Assembly: GCA_965116905.1 (NCBI GenBank)
Contig: OZ220732.1
Span: forward strand, 3,776,001-3,840,000
DNA length: 64,000 bases
Direction of reading: 5' to 3'
Source: Longimicrobiales bacterium
GTDB lineage: Bacteria; Gemmatimonadota; Gemmatimonadetes; Longimicrobiales; Gaopeijiaceae
Shown here: positions 9,921 through 20,899 of the stretch, one piece after another
How the letters are laid out: each line of letters opens with the position of its first letter
Position numbering within the stretch: the first letter of the stretch is position 1
The notes under the pieces: model-generated
What the model saw: only the letters and a program-made list of their open reading frames with translations
What the model was told of the DNA's origin: nothing
Database searches by the model: none
Position numbers and translations under genes: made by a program

Positions 9921-10838
9921 GTGTCCGACTCCCTCGACCCCCGCGTCTTCCTCTTCACGGCCCTGGCGCTCCTGACCGCCTACCTGCTCTTCGCCTGGTA
10001 CCGGTCGGCCACCGCCGCGACGCGAGCGGGCCGCACCGGCGACGGATGGAGCGGACCGCCCAGCTTCTACGAGAACGCGGTCGGCTTCGTCACCAACTTC
10101 TTCGACACGCTGGGGATCGGCTCGTTCGCGCCGACGACGTCGCTCTTCAAGCTCAAGCAGGTCGTGCCGGACGAGAACATCCCGGGGACGATGATGGTCG
10201 GCCACACCCCGCCGGTCGTGATCCAGGCCTTCATCTTCATCGCGATCATCTCGGTGGATCCGGTCACGCTCGCCACGCTCCTGGTTGCTGCGGTGCTGGG
10301 GGCGTGGCTGGGCGCGGGCGTGGTGGCGAAGCTCCCCCGATACCGGATCCAGGTGGGCATGGGGATCGCGCTGCTGATCGCGGCGGTGACCTTCGTCCTG
10401 GCCATCTTCGAGATCGCCGCGGTGGGCGGCGAAGCCACCGGGCTCTCGGGCGCAAACCTCGCCATCGCCTTCGCCTGCCTCTTCGTGCTCGGCTCGCTCA
10501 TGACCATCGGCATCGGCATGTACGCCCCCACGATGATCGTCATCAGCCTCATGGGCATGAACCCCGCCGTGGCCTTCCCCATCATGATGGGTGCGTCGGC
10601 CTTCCTGATGCCCGTCGCGGGACTGCGGTTCCTGAAGGCCGGACGCTATGGGCTGAAGGCGGCCCTCGGGCTGGCGATCGGCGGCATTCCGGCCGTGCTC
10701 ATCGCGGCGTTCATCGTGAGATCGATCCCGCTCAACTACATGCGGTGGCTGGTCGTCGTCGTCGTGCTGTACGCTGCGATCCTGATGCTGAGGTCGGCGG
10801 TGCAGGAGCGGCGCGCGGCGGCCTCCCGACCCGGTTAG
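9921..10838 (+). CDS. TauE/SafE (sulfite exporter) family permease
   Basis: Highly hydrophobic; GFVTNFFDTLGIGSFAPT, GSLMTIGIGMYAP, AFPIMMGASAFL. Confidence 0.8.
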   Translation: MSDSLDPRVFLFTALALLTAYLLFAWYRSATAATRAGRTGDGWSGPPSFYENAVGFVTNFFDTLGIGSFAPTTSLFKLKQVVPDENIPGTMMVGHTPPVVIQAFIFIAIISVDPVTLATLLVAAVLGAWLGAGVVAKLPRYRIQVGMGIALLIAAVTFVLAIFEIAAVGGEATGLSGANLAIAFACLFVLGSLMTIGIGMYAPTMIVISLMGMNPAVAFPIMMGASAFLMPVAGLRFLKAGRYGLKAALGLAIGGIPAVLIAAFIVRSIPLNYMRWLVVVVVLYAAILMLRSAVQERRAAASRPG

Positions 10839-12331
10839 CGCACCTTGCGCGAGAAGTTCCCGTGCACGCTGTAGCTCTCGATCGTGCCGGATTCGTCCCT
10901 GTGGAAGATGTAGGCCTCGCCGAGTTCGCCGTCGTCCCGCACGCGCCGGAAGGTGTCGCCGTCGACATGGCGCAGCTTGTTCATCGACTCCACCGGGTTG
11001 TTGCTGGGCAGACCCAGACTCACCAGGGTGTCGTCCCAGCGCAGAATCACCCCCTCGCCCCAGTTGGACTCGTACAGCCCCTCGTACTCGGCAAGTGAGG
11101 CCGGGCGCGCGGTGCCGCCGCCGGGATCGCTCTGGATCGACTCCAGGGCCGCGCCTACCGTCGACATCATCCGGGCCCACACGTCGTCCGGACTGGCCTG
11201 GGCGTTCATCATGACGATTCCCGCCAGCTTCTTCGCAGGTTTCAGCTGAAACGTGGATCGGAATCCGGGGCAGCTGCCTCCGTGGCCAACCGTGCGGTCG
11301 CCACCACGCTCCCCCACCGAAAACCCGAGCCCCCACATGGTGTCGAAGTCGGGGTCCACCCAGTGGACGCGATGCATCTCCCGCAGCGTGTTGACGCCCA
11401 GGACTTCCGTTCCTCCGTTCTCCAGCAGCCGGAACTGCCAGGACGCCAGCCTGGCCAGGTCCTCCACCGTCGACGCAAACCCGGCCGCCGGAGCGATGCC
11501 GTGCGTCTGGAAGAAGGGCGCCTCGGCCCGCTGGCCGTCCCGCGTCAGCCGGTTGTATCCGGTGGCGAACCGATCACCCTTGTGCTGCTCGGGAATGTCC
11601 GTGTAGGTGTCCGACATGCCGAGCGGATCCAGGATGTTCGCCCGGATGTAGTCGTCGTAGGTCATCCCGGAGGCCTGTTCGACGATCTGTCCGGCGAGCG
11701 CCATGCCCAGGTTCGAATACTGGAAATAGTGTCGGCCGGGGTAGAGCGTCTCCTGATCCGACAACCCGTCGATGATCGCCTCGCGCGTCGGGAACGGAAA
11801 GTCGGGTCCGGTCCAGTAGGGATGGGCGGACTCGCGCGGGAGCCCCGACGAGTGCGTGAGTATTCCTTCGACGGTCACCGCGGGACCATCGGGGTGCGCC
11901 TGCTCCAGATCGTACCAGGGCAGAATGCCGGACACCGGGTCGTCGAGCCGCAACTTCCCCGCGTCCCGCTGCTGCATGACGCCGATCGACGTGAACAGCT
12001 TGGAGATCGAGCAGACCGAGTACATGGTGGAAGGCGTCGCGGGCACCTCGGCGTCAGGGTGCGCGTACCCGTACCCCCTGGCCCAGACCAGGTCCTGATC
12101 GTGCACCAGGGCGACCGAGACTCCGGGGATCTTCTCATAGTCCATCTTGGCGTCCAGCCACGCCTCGAAGAGGTCGACGGCCTGCTCGAAGCGGGGGTCC
12201 CCGGTCGGATCGGATTGCGCGCAGCCGGTGGACGGGGCAAGAGCGAGTACGGCCAGGGCAAGCAGGGCGACGTTGCGGGACCGTGGACGGGACGTGCGGA
12301 GCGTGCTCGACGGGCGGGACATGCGATTCAT
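10835..12331 (-). CDS. Serine hydrolase, beta-lactamase (AmpC/PBP-like) family, exported
   Basis: SxxK (CSISK), YxN (YSN), HGG, ILTHSSGL; N-terminal signal with STGC. Confidence 0.9.
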   Translation of the reverse strand: MNRMSRPSSTLRTSRPRSRNVALLALAVLALAPSTGCAQSDPTGDPRFEQAVDLFEAWLDAKMDYEKIPGVSVALVHDQDLVWARGYGYAHPDAEVPATPSTMYSVCSISKLFTSIGVMQQRDAGKLRLDDPVSGILPWYDLEQAHPDGPAVTVEGILTHSSGLPRESAHPYWTGPDFPFPTREAIIDGLSDQETLYPGRHYFQYSNLGMALAGQIVEQASGMTYDDYIRANILDPLGMSDTYTDIPEQHKGDRFATGYNRLTRDGQRAEAPFFQTHGIAPAAGFASTVEDLARLASWQFRLLENGGTEVLGVNTLREMHRVHWVDPDFDTMWGLGFSVGERGGDRTVGHGGSCPGFRSTFQLKPAKKLAGIVMMNAQASPDDVWARMMSTVGAALESIQSDPGGGTARPASLAEYEGLYESNWGEGVILRWDDTLVSLGLPSNNPVESMNKLRHVDGDTFRRVRDDGELGEAYIFHRDESGTIESYSVHGNFSRKVR

Positions 12332-12511
12332 GGGGACCTCTCCTGGGGACGGATCGCGAGCGCCTCCCAAAGCGCAGGGAAGCCCGTCCATAGTGTTTGG
12401 GCGGGCAGACGGGGGCAAGCGGAATCGTGTCCACGCTTCGCCGGCCGGGCCCACCCGCGCTACGTTCCTGCGCGCCATCGGATTCCTTCAGCCCCAGGCT
12501 GCAGAAGCGAA

Positions 12512-13747
12512 TTGAACCAACGCATCCAGCGAAACGCCATCCCGGTCGTCGCGGGACTCCTTGTTTTCGCGCGACTCCGGGTTGTCGCGGGACTCCTTGT
12601 GGCTCTCGGAGCGTCTGCTCCAACCTCGTTGCGGGCCCAGCAGCCCACCCCCGTCTCCGGTGCAGTATCCTGCGCCGAGTGCGTGATCACGCTCGACACG
12701 GTCGCAACCCTGGGGACCTGGGACGACTCGGGTATCCCGATCATCACCCCCTTCTCCCGCGTTGCGGTCGACCACCGCGGCCGCTTCCTGATCACTCACC
12801 TGACCTACCCCGCGATCTCGGTCTTCGCGCCGGACGGCGAGTTTCTCGGGATCGTGGGGCGCGGCGCGGATCGCGGAGGCGCAAGCGCGCGTCCGGGGCC
12901 AGGCGGGGGTCGCCCCGTCGAATTCGAAGCGATCGCCCACGTCAACGTCGGTCCGCGCTTCATCCACGCCTTCGACTTCCGCATGGGGCGAACGGTCCTC
13001 GACCAGGACTTCGAACTGGTCCGCACGGACCCGGGACTGGGGCAGGTGTTGTCGTCGGTTGTGTTGGAGGGGGACAACGTCGCGTTCGCCGTGCCCGCTG
13101 CCGTGCCCGCCGCCGAGCCGGCCACGGTGGGTCACCAGCTGCATGTCGTCGACCTGGCGGGCCAGCTCAGCCACTTCGGCGGTGACCCGCCATCCGGCCG
13201 CTCGCCGCAGCCGCAACGGTTCATAGTGGCCGGCGACGACACGAGCGTCTGGGTCGTCAGCCAGCAGGCCAATCGCCTGGTGCGGTGGGACCTGGAGCCC
13301 GTGCCGGAGGCCGCCCGCGTCTTCGACCGCAGCGTCGAGGCCTTCGAGCGCCACAACCCGCCCACGGAGACGTGGCCAGGATCCCTCAACGTCGGCAGCA
13401 TGCTCGACGAAAGCGGGCTCTGGATCGCATGGCAGACGCCCGACCCCGAATGGACGGAGCGGATCAGCCCCGGCGGCCAGATCCCCGAGGCGCCGTGGCA
13501 GACGGTTCTGGACGGGTGGCTGGACCTGGTCGATCCGGCCACGGGACGCACGCTGGCGCGCTACCACGGCGACGACGCCCTGCTCGGATTCGCGAACGGG
13601 TCGCGGTATGTCGTCTCATACCACGAGCCCGACTCGGGGGGTTCCTACATTCGTTTGCTGGAGCCGCGGCTGTCGCGCGTCAGTTCGGGACCCGGGCAAC
13701 ACGCTTCACCAACACCGTCGACTCGCCCAGTTCGCCGGTCTCGATGA
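12512..13747 (+). CDS. Secreted 6-bladed beta-propeller-like protein
   Basis: Signal ending [23 protein letters not shown]...GPG..EF propeller motif. TTG start uncertain. Confidence 0.65.
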   Translation: MNQRIQRNAIPVVAGLLVFARLRVVAGLLVALGASAPTSLRAQQPTPVSGAVSCAECVITLDTVATLGTWDDSGIPIITPFSRVAVDHRGRFLITHLTYPAISVFAPDGEFLGIVGRGADRGGASARPGPGGGRPVEFEAIAHVNVGPRFIHAFDFRMGRTVLDQDFELVRTDPGLGQVLSSVVLEGDNVAFAVPAAVPAAEPATVGHQLHVVDLAGQLSHFGGDPPSGRSPQPQRFIVAGDDTSVWVVSQQANRLVRWDLEPVPEAARVFDRSVEAFERHNPPTETWPGSLNVGSMLDESGLWIAWQTPDPEWTERISPGGQIPEAPWQTVLDGWLDLVDPATGRTLARYHGDDALLGFANGSRYVVSYHEPDSGGSYIRLLEPRLSRVSSGPGQHASPTPSTRPVRRSR

Positions 13748-15035
13748 ACGCGACAAGGCCGCCGGGGCCGAACGCGTCGGGCATCGTCGTGCCCGCCGGG
13801 TAGGAGCCCAGGTACTGGCCTTCCACGGTCAACACGTCGATCGGGCCATCGCTCACAGGCTCGTCCCCCCTCCGCTGCACCCAGAGTCTTCCGTCCCAGG
13901 TCGTGCCCAGATCGCGAACGACCGGGACCTCGGAGGCCGCCGACAAGGCTTCGAGGAATGCGCGCGTAGAGGTCCGGGCCGCTTCCCGCAGCATGCCTTC
14001 CGGGATGCCCTGGATGAGTTCGCCCGTTCGCGCGTCCATCGCGGGCCTGCCCCCGCCCAGTCTGACCACCGCCCTGTCCGCCGATGCCTCGACCTGACGC
14101 TCGACTTCGGCTTCGAGGATCCGGTCGGTGACCGGCTCGGGGCGGAATGGCCGGGTAAGCACCCGCAACACGTTGCCATCGGGATCGGCAAGCTTGATCG
14201 CGTAGGCGGACGAATCCGAAAACGCAACGCCACCGCCGGGCAGCGGAGCCACGAAAAGGCCCGGATCGAACGTACGCGGAGGGGGAGTCTGGCCCGCCAT
14301 GCTGTGTGTCCGATTGCCCATGCGGACCTCGACCGTACCCGCAGACTCCGGGGCCCATGCGTCAACGATCGTCTCACGGTCGACGCTGTCGCCGTCAAGC
14401 GCCAGCCGGCGCACCGGGCGCTTGCCCGGCTCGCGAGCCTCGAACCGGCCGGGCCGGCCCTCCGCGATGGAAGGCTCGCCGAGCGCCTCCAGGAAGCGTG
14501 CTGACTCGATGAGCACCAGGTCTCCTGACAGAACCAGGGCGGCGCCTCGTCCGAGGTCCGCGAAGATACGCCCTCGGATGGCAAGCAGGTCATCGCCGAA
14601 CCGCACACTGCGGAGGAATCGGCCGTCGCCGGCGTACAACTGGAACGCGCGATGCATCAGGTCGCTCACGACCACGCGTCCGTCCGGCATGATCGCCAGG
14701 CTTCGCGGGGAACTGAACTCGCCGGGACCCTGGCCCGCCCGGCCAATCGTCCTCACAAGGCCACCCTGTGGGTCAACGACCACGACCTGCATGGCATAGC
14801 CGTCGACGAGGTAGAGGTTGCCGTCTCCGTCAAACGCCGCTTCGTGGATGGTCCCGAACTGCTGCCATAGCGGGCCGTCCAGCGCCCCCACGTGGTAGAC
14901 CTCTTCGAAGTCCGCATCCAGCCGGCGGTCCTCGGCCGGGAGCTCGACGACTTCCTGGCCGCTGACGGAAGCCCCCGCCAACAGGCTGAGCGGCAAGGAA
15001 ACTAGAGAATTGTGTAAAATGTGTATTTTACGCAT
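13680..15035 (-). CDS. Secreted 6-bladed beta-propeller protein
   Basis: Signal peptide; [58 protein letters not shown]. Confidence 0.85.
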   Translation of the reverse strand: MRKIHILHNSLVSLPLSLLAGASVSGQEVVELPAEDRRLDADFEEVYHVGALDGPLWQQFGTIHEAAFDGDGNLYLVDGYAMQVVVVDPQGGLVRTIGRAGQGPGEFSSPRSLAIMPDGRVVVSDLMHRAFQLYAGDGRFLRSVRFGDDLLAIRGRIFADLGRGAALVLSGDLVLIESARFLEALGEPSIAEGRPGRFEAREPGKRPVRRLALDGDSVDRETIVDAWAPESAGTVEVRMGNRTHSMAGQTPPPRTFDPGLFVAPLPGGGVAFSDSSAYAIKLADPDGNVLRVLTRPFRPEPVTDRILEAEVERQVEASADRAVVRLGGGRPAMDARTGELIQGIPEGMLREAARTSTRAFLEALSAASEVPVVRDLGTTWDGRLWVQRRGDEPVSDGPIDVLTVEGQYLGSYPAGTTMPDAFGPGGLVAFIETGELGESTVLVKRVARVPN

Positions 15036-15071
15036 TTGTTGTGTCGGCCCCCCCGCCGTTCCAGACCCACC

Positions 15072-16334
15072 CTAGTTCAAGCCCTCCGGCAAGCGCCTCA
15101 CGATCACCACCCTGACGTCGAACTCGTCGGCCTCGACAAACGCCGCCAAACCCTCCGGTCCGAAGGCGGCCGGCATTTCCGTCGCGCCCGCCGCGAAGCT
15201 GCCGAGATACCGCCCGTCAGCCGTCAGTACGTCGATGGGACCGTCGTCGTCCCCAGGCTCCTCGCCGTGCCGTTGCACCCAGATCAGTCCGTTCCATGTG
15301 GTCTTCAGGTCGCGAACGACCGAGACCTCGTCGAAGAACTCCAGATTCGCGATCCGGTCGCGCTCACGTCGGCGGATCTCCTCCGGGGTTCGGGGAATGA
15401 AGTTGGATCGGGGGAGTTGGTCGTCCGGCGTGGCCGCCAGCACTCGGAGACGGCGGCGCCTTTCGGCTTCGGTCACAGCATCCGTCGCGGGCATCGGCCA
15501 AAGCGGCCGCTCGAGTACTCGCCACACCCCCTCCCCCGGACGCGCCAACTTGATCGCGTACGCCGTGGAATCGGAGAAAACCACGTCCCCATCTGGAAGC
15601 ACGCCCGGCAGCATGAGGGGGCCGAACACCTTTCGCGGTGCGATCGGGAACCTCATCTGCGCTCCCCCGACGTCAACACTCAGCGGTTCACCGGCCGGGG
15701 GCAGCCAGCCCTCCGCGACCGTGTCCTTTTCGACCACATCTCCCGCAAGAAACAGGCGCTCTATAGCACGGGAGGTGTGGGGAGGAGCACTACGCGGCCC
15801 GTCATCGCGCGACCAGGAAAACGATATCGTTCGGCCCCCGATCGCCGACACGACGGATTCGCCCATGGGCCCGGGCAACAGGTCGGTCACCATCCTGACT
15901 CCTCCATCGGACCCCATGCGGACCATTCGCTCGAACACCCCGTCCGTACCGAAGATCTGATACGCCCGGTGGCCGCTGTCTGCGACCACGACGCGGCCGT
16001 CACGGAACACCGCGACCGCCACTGCGCGGCGAAACTCACCCGGCCCCTCGCCGCGGCGCCCGAATCCGCGAAGGTACTCGCCGGCCGATCCCACCACGAC
16101 GATTCGATCCGCCTGGTTATCGAACACGTACAACCGCCCCGCCTCATTGAACGCCACCTTGCGGACGTTGCCGAACTGCTCCCAGTCCTGGCCCGTTAGC
16201 GACCCGATCCTGTACACCTCGTCGAAGTCGGCATCCAGCCAGCGATCCTCGGCAGGGAGCCGGATGATCTCCTGGGCAGCAAGGTCGATAGCGCCGGACA
16301 GGCAGGCCAAGCTCAGGAAACAGGCCTTGTGCAC
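15072..16334 (-). CDS. Secreted 6-bladed beta-propeller protein, paralogue of 13680-15035
   Basis: GTG start after [61 protein letters not shown]. Confidence 0.85.
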   Translation of the reverse strand: MHKACFLSLACLSGAIDLAAQEIIRLPAEDRWLDADFDEVYRIGSLTGQDWEQFGNVRKVAFNEAGRLYVFDNQADRIVVVGSAGEYLRGFGRRGEGPGEFRRAVAVAVFRDGRVVVADSGHRAYQIFGTDGVFERMVRMGSDGGVRMVTDLLPGPMGESVVSAIGGRTISFSWSRDDGPRSAPPHTSRAIERLFLAGDVVEKDTVAEGWLPPAGEPLSVDVGGAQMRFPIAPRKVFGPLMLPGVLPDGDVVFSDSTAYAIKLARPGEGVWRVLERPLWPMPATDAVTEAERRRRLRVLAATPDDQLPRSNFIPRTPEEIRRRERDRIANLEFFDEVSVVRDLKTTWNGLIWVQRHGEEPGDDDGPIDVLTADGRYLGSFAAGATEMPAAFGPEGLAAFVEADEFDVRVVIVRRLPEGLN

Positions 16335-16450
16335 CTCTCTCCTCCTCGAAAACGGTCCCGGGCGACTTACGTCAACTTTCGTAATACCCGGCACCGCCGG
16401 CAAGGATCCTGCACCGCCGCTCGAATGCTCGCAGGGATCTCCGGGGGCCC

Positions 16451-17971
16451 CTACGCCTCCCCCACCTCCGTCTCCTCGGCGCCGCCATCGGCCCCATCCC
16501 CACCCGCGCTCCCAAACCGCTTCGCCAGCCGCCGGTATCCCTCGGCCATCCCCCACGCCGCGCCCACCACGATCAGCAGCAGCAGCACCCACCTGAGCGT
16601 CGCCGCCCAGAACGCCGCGTCCATCGCCGGCCGCTGGAAGTCGTACGCGGAAAAGACCCCCCAACGCTCGGTCATCCAGTGCCAGCTGGTGTGTGCGACC
16701 AGCGCCGAGACCACGATCCCGCCGATCCGGGGCGCCACCACCTTCCCGAACAGCAGCGCAAGCGCCGGCACCATGAACAGCAGCGCAAAGAGCTGGCCGA
16801 ACTCCACGCCGATGTTGAAGCCGAGCAGCGACGTGTAGAGGTGCGAGCCCGCGAACTGGAGCGATTCGCGCAGCTGGAAGGAGAAGCCGAACCCGTGCAC
16901 GAGTCCGAAGCCGAACGCCCACAGCCACCGCCGGTCGAGCGTCCTTCCCACGATGTTTTCCAGCGCCATGAACACGATCGAGGCCGCGATCAGCATCTCG
17001 ATCAGCGGGGGAAACCATAGCGCGTTGGGCGCGAGACCCAGGACCGATGCGCCCAGCGTGATCGAGTGCGCGACCGTGAACGCCGTCACCACGGACACGA
17101 GCGGCCAGAAGCGCCGCAGGGGAACGACCAGGCAGAGCAGGAAGAGCAGGTGGTCGATTCCGTCCAGGATGTGGGCGAAGCCGAGTACAACGAAGCGGAG
17201 CAGCGCCTGGTGCCATCTGGGGTCGAGGCGGACCTGCCCGGGACTGCCCGTGTACTGAAAAACCCGCTCCGCGCCGTCCGGGGTGATGAAGCGCAGCACC
17301 GTGGTCGTGCGGATCCCCAGGTGCGCCCAGGCGGGATCGATCGAGAAGCGTGAGTCGGCGGACTGGATGGGGGTCTCGAGGACCACGTCCAGCATGGCCT
17401 GTTCCAGCACCAGGTCGACGCCGGGCGAGATCGGAGGGGCCGACATGTGCGCGACCGCGCGGTCGTAGTCGGCGAAGGAGGGGTCCGAGGGGAGCGAAAC
17501 CCGGCTGGCCGTGACAACCGGCGTCGGAAGGCGGGCCGTTTCCTCGTAGAGCGTCACGTAGCCCGCGATCCAGAGCGTGGCCAGGTCGTCCAGCAGGAGC
17601 GTCGCCTCGTCGATTTCGACGTAGCCGGGACCCCGTACGGGGAAGTCCACGTCGCGCATCGAGGTGAGCGGCACACGCAGGACAATCCGAAGCGCCCCCC
17701 CTTCGGCCTTGACGAACGCCCGCACGATCACGTCGGCGGGGATTTCGTGGGGGAGCGGGGCGGGGGCCGCGGCAGGGTGGGCGATGGGGCGGCGAGCCCG
17801 GGGCGCGGCCGGCCCTGCATGGGGCGCTGCACCGGGGGCTGCGGCGACAGGGGAGTGACGCTCCGGAGCCGGAGCCGCGTCCGGACCGGCGCCTTCCGCA
17901 GGCCCGACGGGCACCCATGCCGCCGCCGCCAGCGCGACGATCCTGCCGCTTCGCTGTCTTCGCCCTCTCAT
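16451..17971 (-). CDS. HupE/UreJ family membrane protein with periplasmic N-terminal domain
   Basis: HEIPAD N-terminus; [52 protein letters not shown]. Confidence 0.88.
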   Translation of the reverse strand: MRGRRQRSGRIVALAAAAWVPVGPAEGAGPDAAPAPERHSPVAAAPGAAPHAGPAAPRARRPIAHPAAAPAPLPHEIPADVIVRAFVKAEGGALRIVLRVPLTSMRDVDFPVRGPGYVEIDEATLLLDDLATLWIAGYVTLYEETARLPTPVVTASRVSLPSDPSFADYDRAVAHMSAPPISPGVDLVLEQAMLDVVLETPIQSADSRFSIDPAWAHLGIRTTTVLRFITPDGAERVFQYTGSPGQVRLDPRWHQALLRFVVLGFAHILDGIDHLLFLLCLVVPLRRFWPLVSVVTAFTVAHSITLGASVLGLAPNALWFPPLIEMLIAASIVFMALENIVGRTLDRRWLWAFGFGLVHGFGFSFQLRESLQFAGSHLYTSLLGFNIGVEFGQLFALLFMVPALALLFGKVVAPRIGGIVVSALVAHTSWHWMTERWGVFSAYDFQRPAMDAAFWAATLRWVLLLLIVVGAAWGMAEGYRRLAKRFGSAGGDGADGGAEETEVGEA

Positions 17972-18118
17972 CCCACTCCCTCCAAACGGTTCGCGGACCC
18001 GGCCCCGCCATTCTGCCCCGCACCTACGCTGCGCGCCCGGCCCTTGGCTGACAAGCCACCCAGCCCGTACCTTGCCCCCCAAGTCGTCACCACGCACGTC
18101 CCACCAAGGGAGTCCCCA

Positions 18119-19291
18119 ATGAAGCGGAACAAGCTTCTCGCCGCCGTCCTCGCGTTGGCCATCGTCGCCGTGTATTTCGGCATGAACCGCATTCAGGATG
18201 CGTCGGCCAGCGCGGTCGAAGCCCCGATGTTCGAAGTGGACCCGTTCTGGCCCCAACCGCTGCCGGACCACATGGTGCTGGGGTCGGCCATCGGTGTGGG
18301 CGTGGATTCGCGCGACCACGTGTTCATCGTGCACCGCGGCAACCTCACGGAGCGTACCGAGGGAGGGGCCGACGCCGACCCGCCGATCGGCGAGTGCTGC
18401 CGGGCCGCCCCGCCGGTGCTGGTGTTCGATCCGGAGGGGAACCTGGTCGACTCCTGGGGAGGTCCGTCCGACGATTACGTGTGGCCCGCGTCCAACCACG
18501 GGATCACCGTCGACCACATGGACAATGTCTGGATCGGCGGGAACGGGCCGAACGACACGCACGTCCTCAAGTTCTCGCGCACCGGCGAGTTCCTGGCCTC
18601 GTACGGCGAGCCGGAGGCCGGGGCGGCCGACAGCAACAGCGAAACGCGCTTCAACCGCGTGGCCAAGCTGGCCTTCGACGCCGAGGCCAACGAAGCCTAT
18701 CTCGCCGACGGCTACGGGGGCCGGCGGGTGGCGGTGCTGGACGCCTCGACGGGGGCCTTCAAGCGCTACTGGGGCGCCTACGGCAACGAGCCCGACGACA
18801 CGCGGACACCCCCCTACGACCCGGACGCCCCGCTGATCCAGCAGTTCCGCACGCCGGTGCACTGCGCCGACCCGAGCCTCGACGGACACGTGTACGTCTG
18901 CGACCGTCCCAACAACCGGATTCAGGTCTTCACCCGCGACGGCACATTCGTGGACGAGGTGCAGCTGGCGCCGCGGACCCTCGGGGACGGGTCGACGTGG
19001 GATGTCGCCTTCTCGCGCGACCCCGAGCAGAAGTACATGTACGTGGCGGACGGCAAGAACATGAGGGTCTACGTGATGGACCGGCTGAGCCTCGAGGTGC
19101 TGACCAGCTTCGGGGACGGGGGCCGGCAGCCCGGGCTTTTCTTCGCGGTCCACAGCATCGCCACGGACTCGCAGGGCAACATCTACACCACCGAGACCTA
19201 CGAAGGGAAACGCGTCCAGAAATTCGTCTACAAGGGCATGGGACCCGTAACCGCAATGCACCAGGGGGCCCCCTGGCCGACGGGGAACTGA
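18119..19291 (+). CDS. Secreted NHL-repeat protein, peptidyl-alpha-hydroxyglycine alpha-amidating lyase (PAL)-like
   Basis: FEVDPFWP, VHRG, SNHGITVD, YLADGYGGRRV, PVHCA, YVCDRPNNRIQVF, AVHSIATDSQGNIY. Confidence 0.85.
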   Translation: MKRNKLLAAVLALAIVAVYFGMNRIQDASASAVEAPMFEVDPFWPQPLPDHMVLGSAIGVGVDSRDHVFIVHRGNLTERTEGGADADPPIGECCRAAPPVLVFDPEGNLVDSWGGPSDDYVWPASNHGITVDHMDNVWIGGNGPNDTHVLKFSRTGEFLASYGEPEAGAADSNSETRFNRVAKLAFDAEANEAYLADGYGGRRVAVLDASTGAFKRYWGAYGNEPDDTRTPPYDPDAPLIQQFRTPVHCADPSLDGHVYVCDRPNNRIQVFTRDGTFVDEVQLAPRTLGDGSTWDVAFSRDPEQKYMYVADGKNMRVYVMDRLSLEVLTSFGDGGRQPGLFFAVHSIATDSQGNIYTTETYEGKRVQKFVYKGMGPVTAMHQGAPWPTGN

Positions 19292-19334
19292 CACGCCAGC
19301 AGGAACCGACACGCCGGCGGGGAACCGACACACC
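19282..19334 (+). repeat. 18-19-bp tandem repeat (3 units) spanning the NHL gene stop
   Basis: ggaactgacacgccagca / ggaaccgacacgccggcgg / ggaaccgacacacc. Confidence 0.75.
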
Positions 19335-19355
19335 AATAGAAGGAGCGGTGACATC

Positions 19356-20054
19356 ATGAAGACCTTCCCACTCGCAACCTGCGCCGTGTTCGCGGGCGCG
19401 CTCCTGGCGGGCGCGTGCGCACCTGGCGACGCACCCGAGGCCGAAGCCGAGGGCGAAGCAATGGCTGAACAGGCCCCGATGACATTCTTCATCACGAGCG
19501 CGGGGCCGGGGGACGGCGCCAACCTTGGAGGGCTCGAGGGCGCCGACGCCCACTGCGAGACGCTCGCTTCGGCCGTGGGCGCCGGGGGGATGGGCTGGAT
19601 GGCCTATCTCAGCACCATCGGCGAGGACGGAAGCGCGGCGGTGAACGCGCGCGACCGGATCGGGATGGGGCCCTGGCACAACCAGGCCGGCGCGCTGATC
19701 GCCAACGATGTCGACGAGCTCCATTCGGAGGCCGCCAATCTCACCAAGGAGTCGATCCTCACCGAGATGGGCGACATGGTCAACGGCCGCGGCGACGACC
19801 CCAACATGCACGACATCCTGACCGGGTCCAGCATGGACGGGACCGCCTACACGGCCGAGGACTACGACAACTGCGGCAACTGGGTGAGCAACGCCGAGGA
19901 CGGCAGCGCGGCGGTCGGTCACCACGACCGCATCGGCGGCGGGCAGAACCCCACGTCGTGGAACTCCGCGCATGCGTCGCGCGGCTGCAGCCAGGAAAAC
20001 CTGCAGGGCACCGGCGGCAACGGATTCTTCTACTGCTTCGCGGCGGGGAATTGA
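19356..20054 (+). CDS. Lectin/endostatin-like lipoprotein of unknown function
   Basis: Lipobox LAGAC; FFITS..GDGANLGGLEGADAHC, WMAYLS, NARDRIG.GPW, HDILTGS, GHHDR, SWNSAH.SRGC, FYCFA. Confidence 0.75.
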   Translation: MKTFPLATCAVFAGALLAGACAPGDAPEAEAEGEAMAEQAPMTFFITSAGPGDGANLGGLEGADAHCETLASAVGAGGMGWMAYLSTIGEDGSAAVNARDRIGMGPWHNQAGALIANDVDELHSEAANLTKESILTEMGDMVNGRGDDPNMHDILTGSSMDGTAYTAEDYDNCGNWVSNAEDGSAAVGHHDRIGGGQNPTSWNSAHASRGCSQENLQGTGGNGFFYCFAAGN

Positions 20055-20899
20055 TGCGCGGGCTTGCGTGGGCGCTGTTGCCCGCGCTCGCACTCGCGGC
20101 CTGCCAGGGGGAGGAAGGAGCGCAGGGCGCGGCGGCCGACGTCCAGGCGACCACCGCTGTGGCGGAGCCCGTCCACACCGTCTTCATCGAGGAGATGACC
20201 TGGACGGAGATCCGCGACGCGATCGACGGCGGGATGACCACGGTGATTCTGCCCACCGCCGGCACCGAGCAGAACGGCCCGCACATGGTGATGGGCAAGC
20301 ACCGCTACATCATCGACGAGGCCAGCAACCGGATCGCGCGCGAGCTCGGCAACGCCCTGGTTGCGCCCGCCGTGACCTACGTGCCGGAGGGTGACGTGGA
20401 CCCGCCCTCGGGACACATGCGGTACGCCGGGACGATCACGCTCCCGAACGAGTTCTTCATGAAGCTGGTCGAGTACGCCGCTCGCAGTTTCCGCGCGCAC
20501 GGCTTCACCGACATCGTGTTCATCGGTGACAGCGGGGGGAACCAGAGGGGGATGGAGGCGGTCGCGGCGATGCTGAACGACGAATGGGGCGGTGACGGCG
20601 CGACCGTGCACTTCATCGGGGACTACTACGCCAACAACGGCTTCCGCGACTGGCTCATGGAGCAGGGCGAGACCGACGAGACGGTCGGGCGCCACGCCGG
20701 CATCTCGGATACGTCGATCCTGCTCTACGTGGAGCCGCGGCACATCCGCCAGGACCAGTTGGCGCCCGGCGGCGGTTTCGAGAACAGCGGCGTGTCGGGC
20801 GACCCCACGCGGGCCTCGGCCGAGTACGGCAGGGTCGGCATGGAAATGCGCGTGGACGCGGCGGTCCGGCAGATCCGGGCGGCGCTGGGGACTCGGTGA
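20054..20899 (+). CDS. Creatininase family amidohydrolase, lipoprotein
   Basis: EEMTWTE, PTAGTEQNGPH, GDSGGN, HAGISDTS, GVSGDPTRAS; lipobox LAAC; ATG overlaps the upstream TGA. Confidence 0.9.
   Translation: MRGLAWALLPALALAACQGEEGAQGAAADVQATTAVAEPVHTVFIEEMTWTEIRDAIDGGMTTVILPTAGTEQNGPHMVMGKHRYIIDEASNRIARELGNALVAPAVTYVPEGDVDPPSGHMRYAGTITLPNEFFMKLVEYAARSFRAHGFTDIVFIGDSGGNQRGMEAVAAMLNDEWGGDGATVHFIGDYYANNGFRDWLMEQGETDETVGRHAGISDTSILLYVEPRHIRQDQLAPGGGFENSGVSGDPTRASAEYGRVGMEMRVDAAVRQIRAALGTR

Noticed and set aside
15072..19522. 983-aa and 1023-aa ORFs suggesting large fusions
   Set aside because: The N-terminal extensions are off-frame or antisense overlaps of neighbouring genes; the real starts are near 16334 and 17971.
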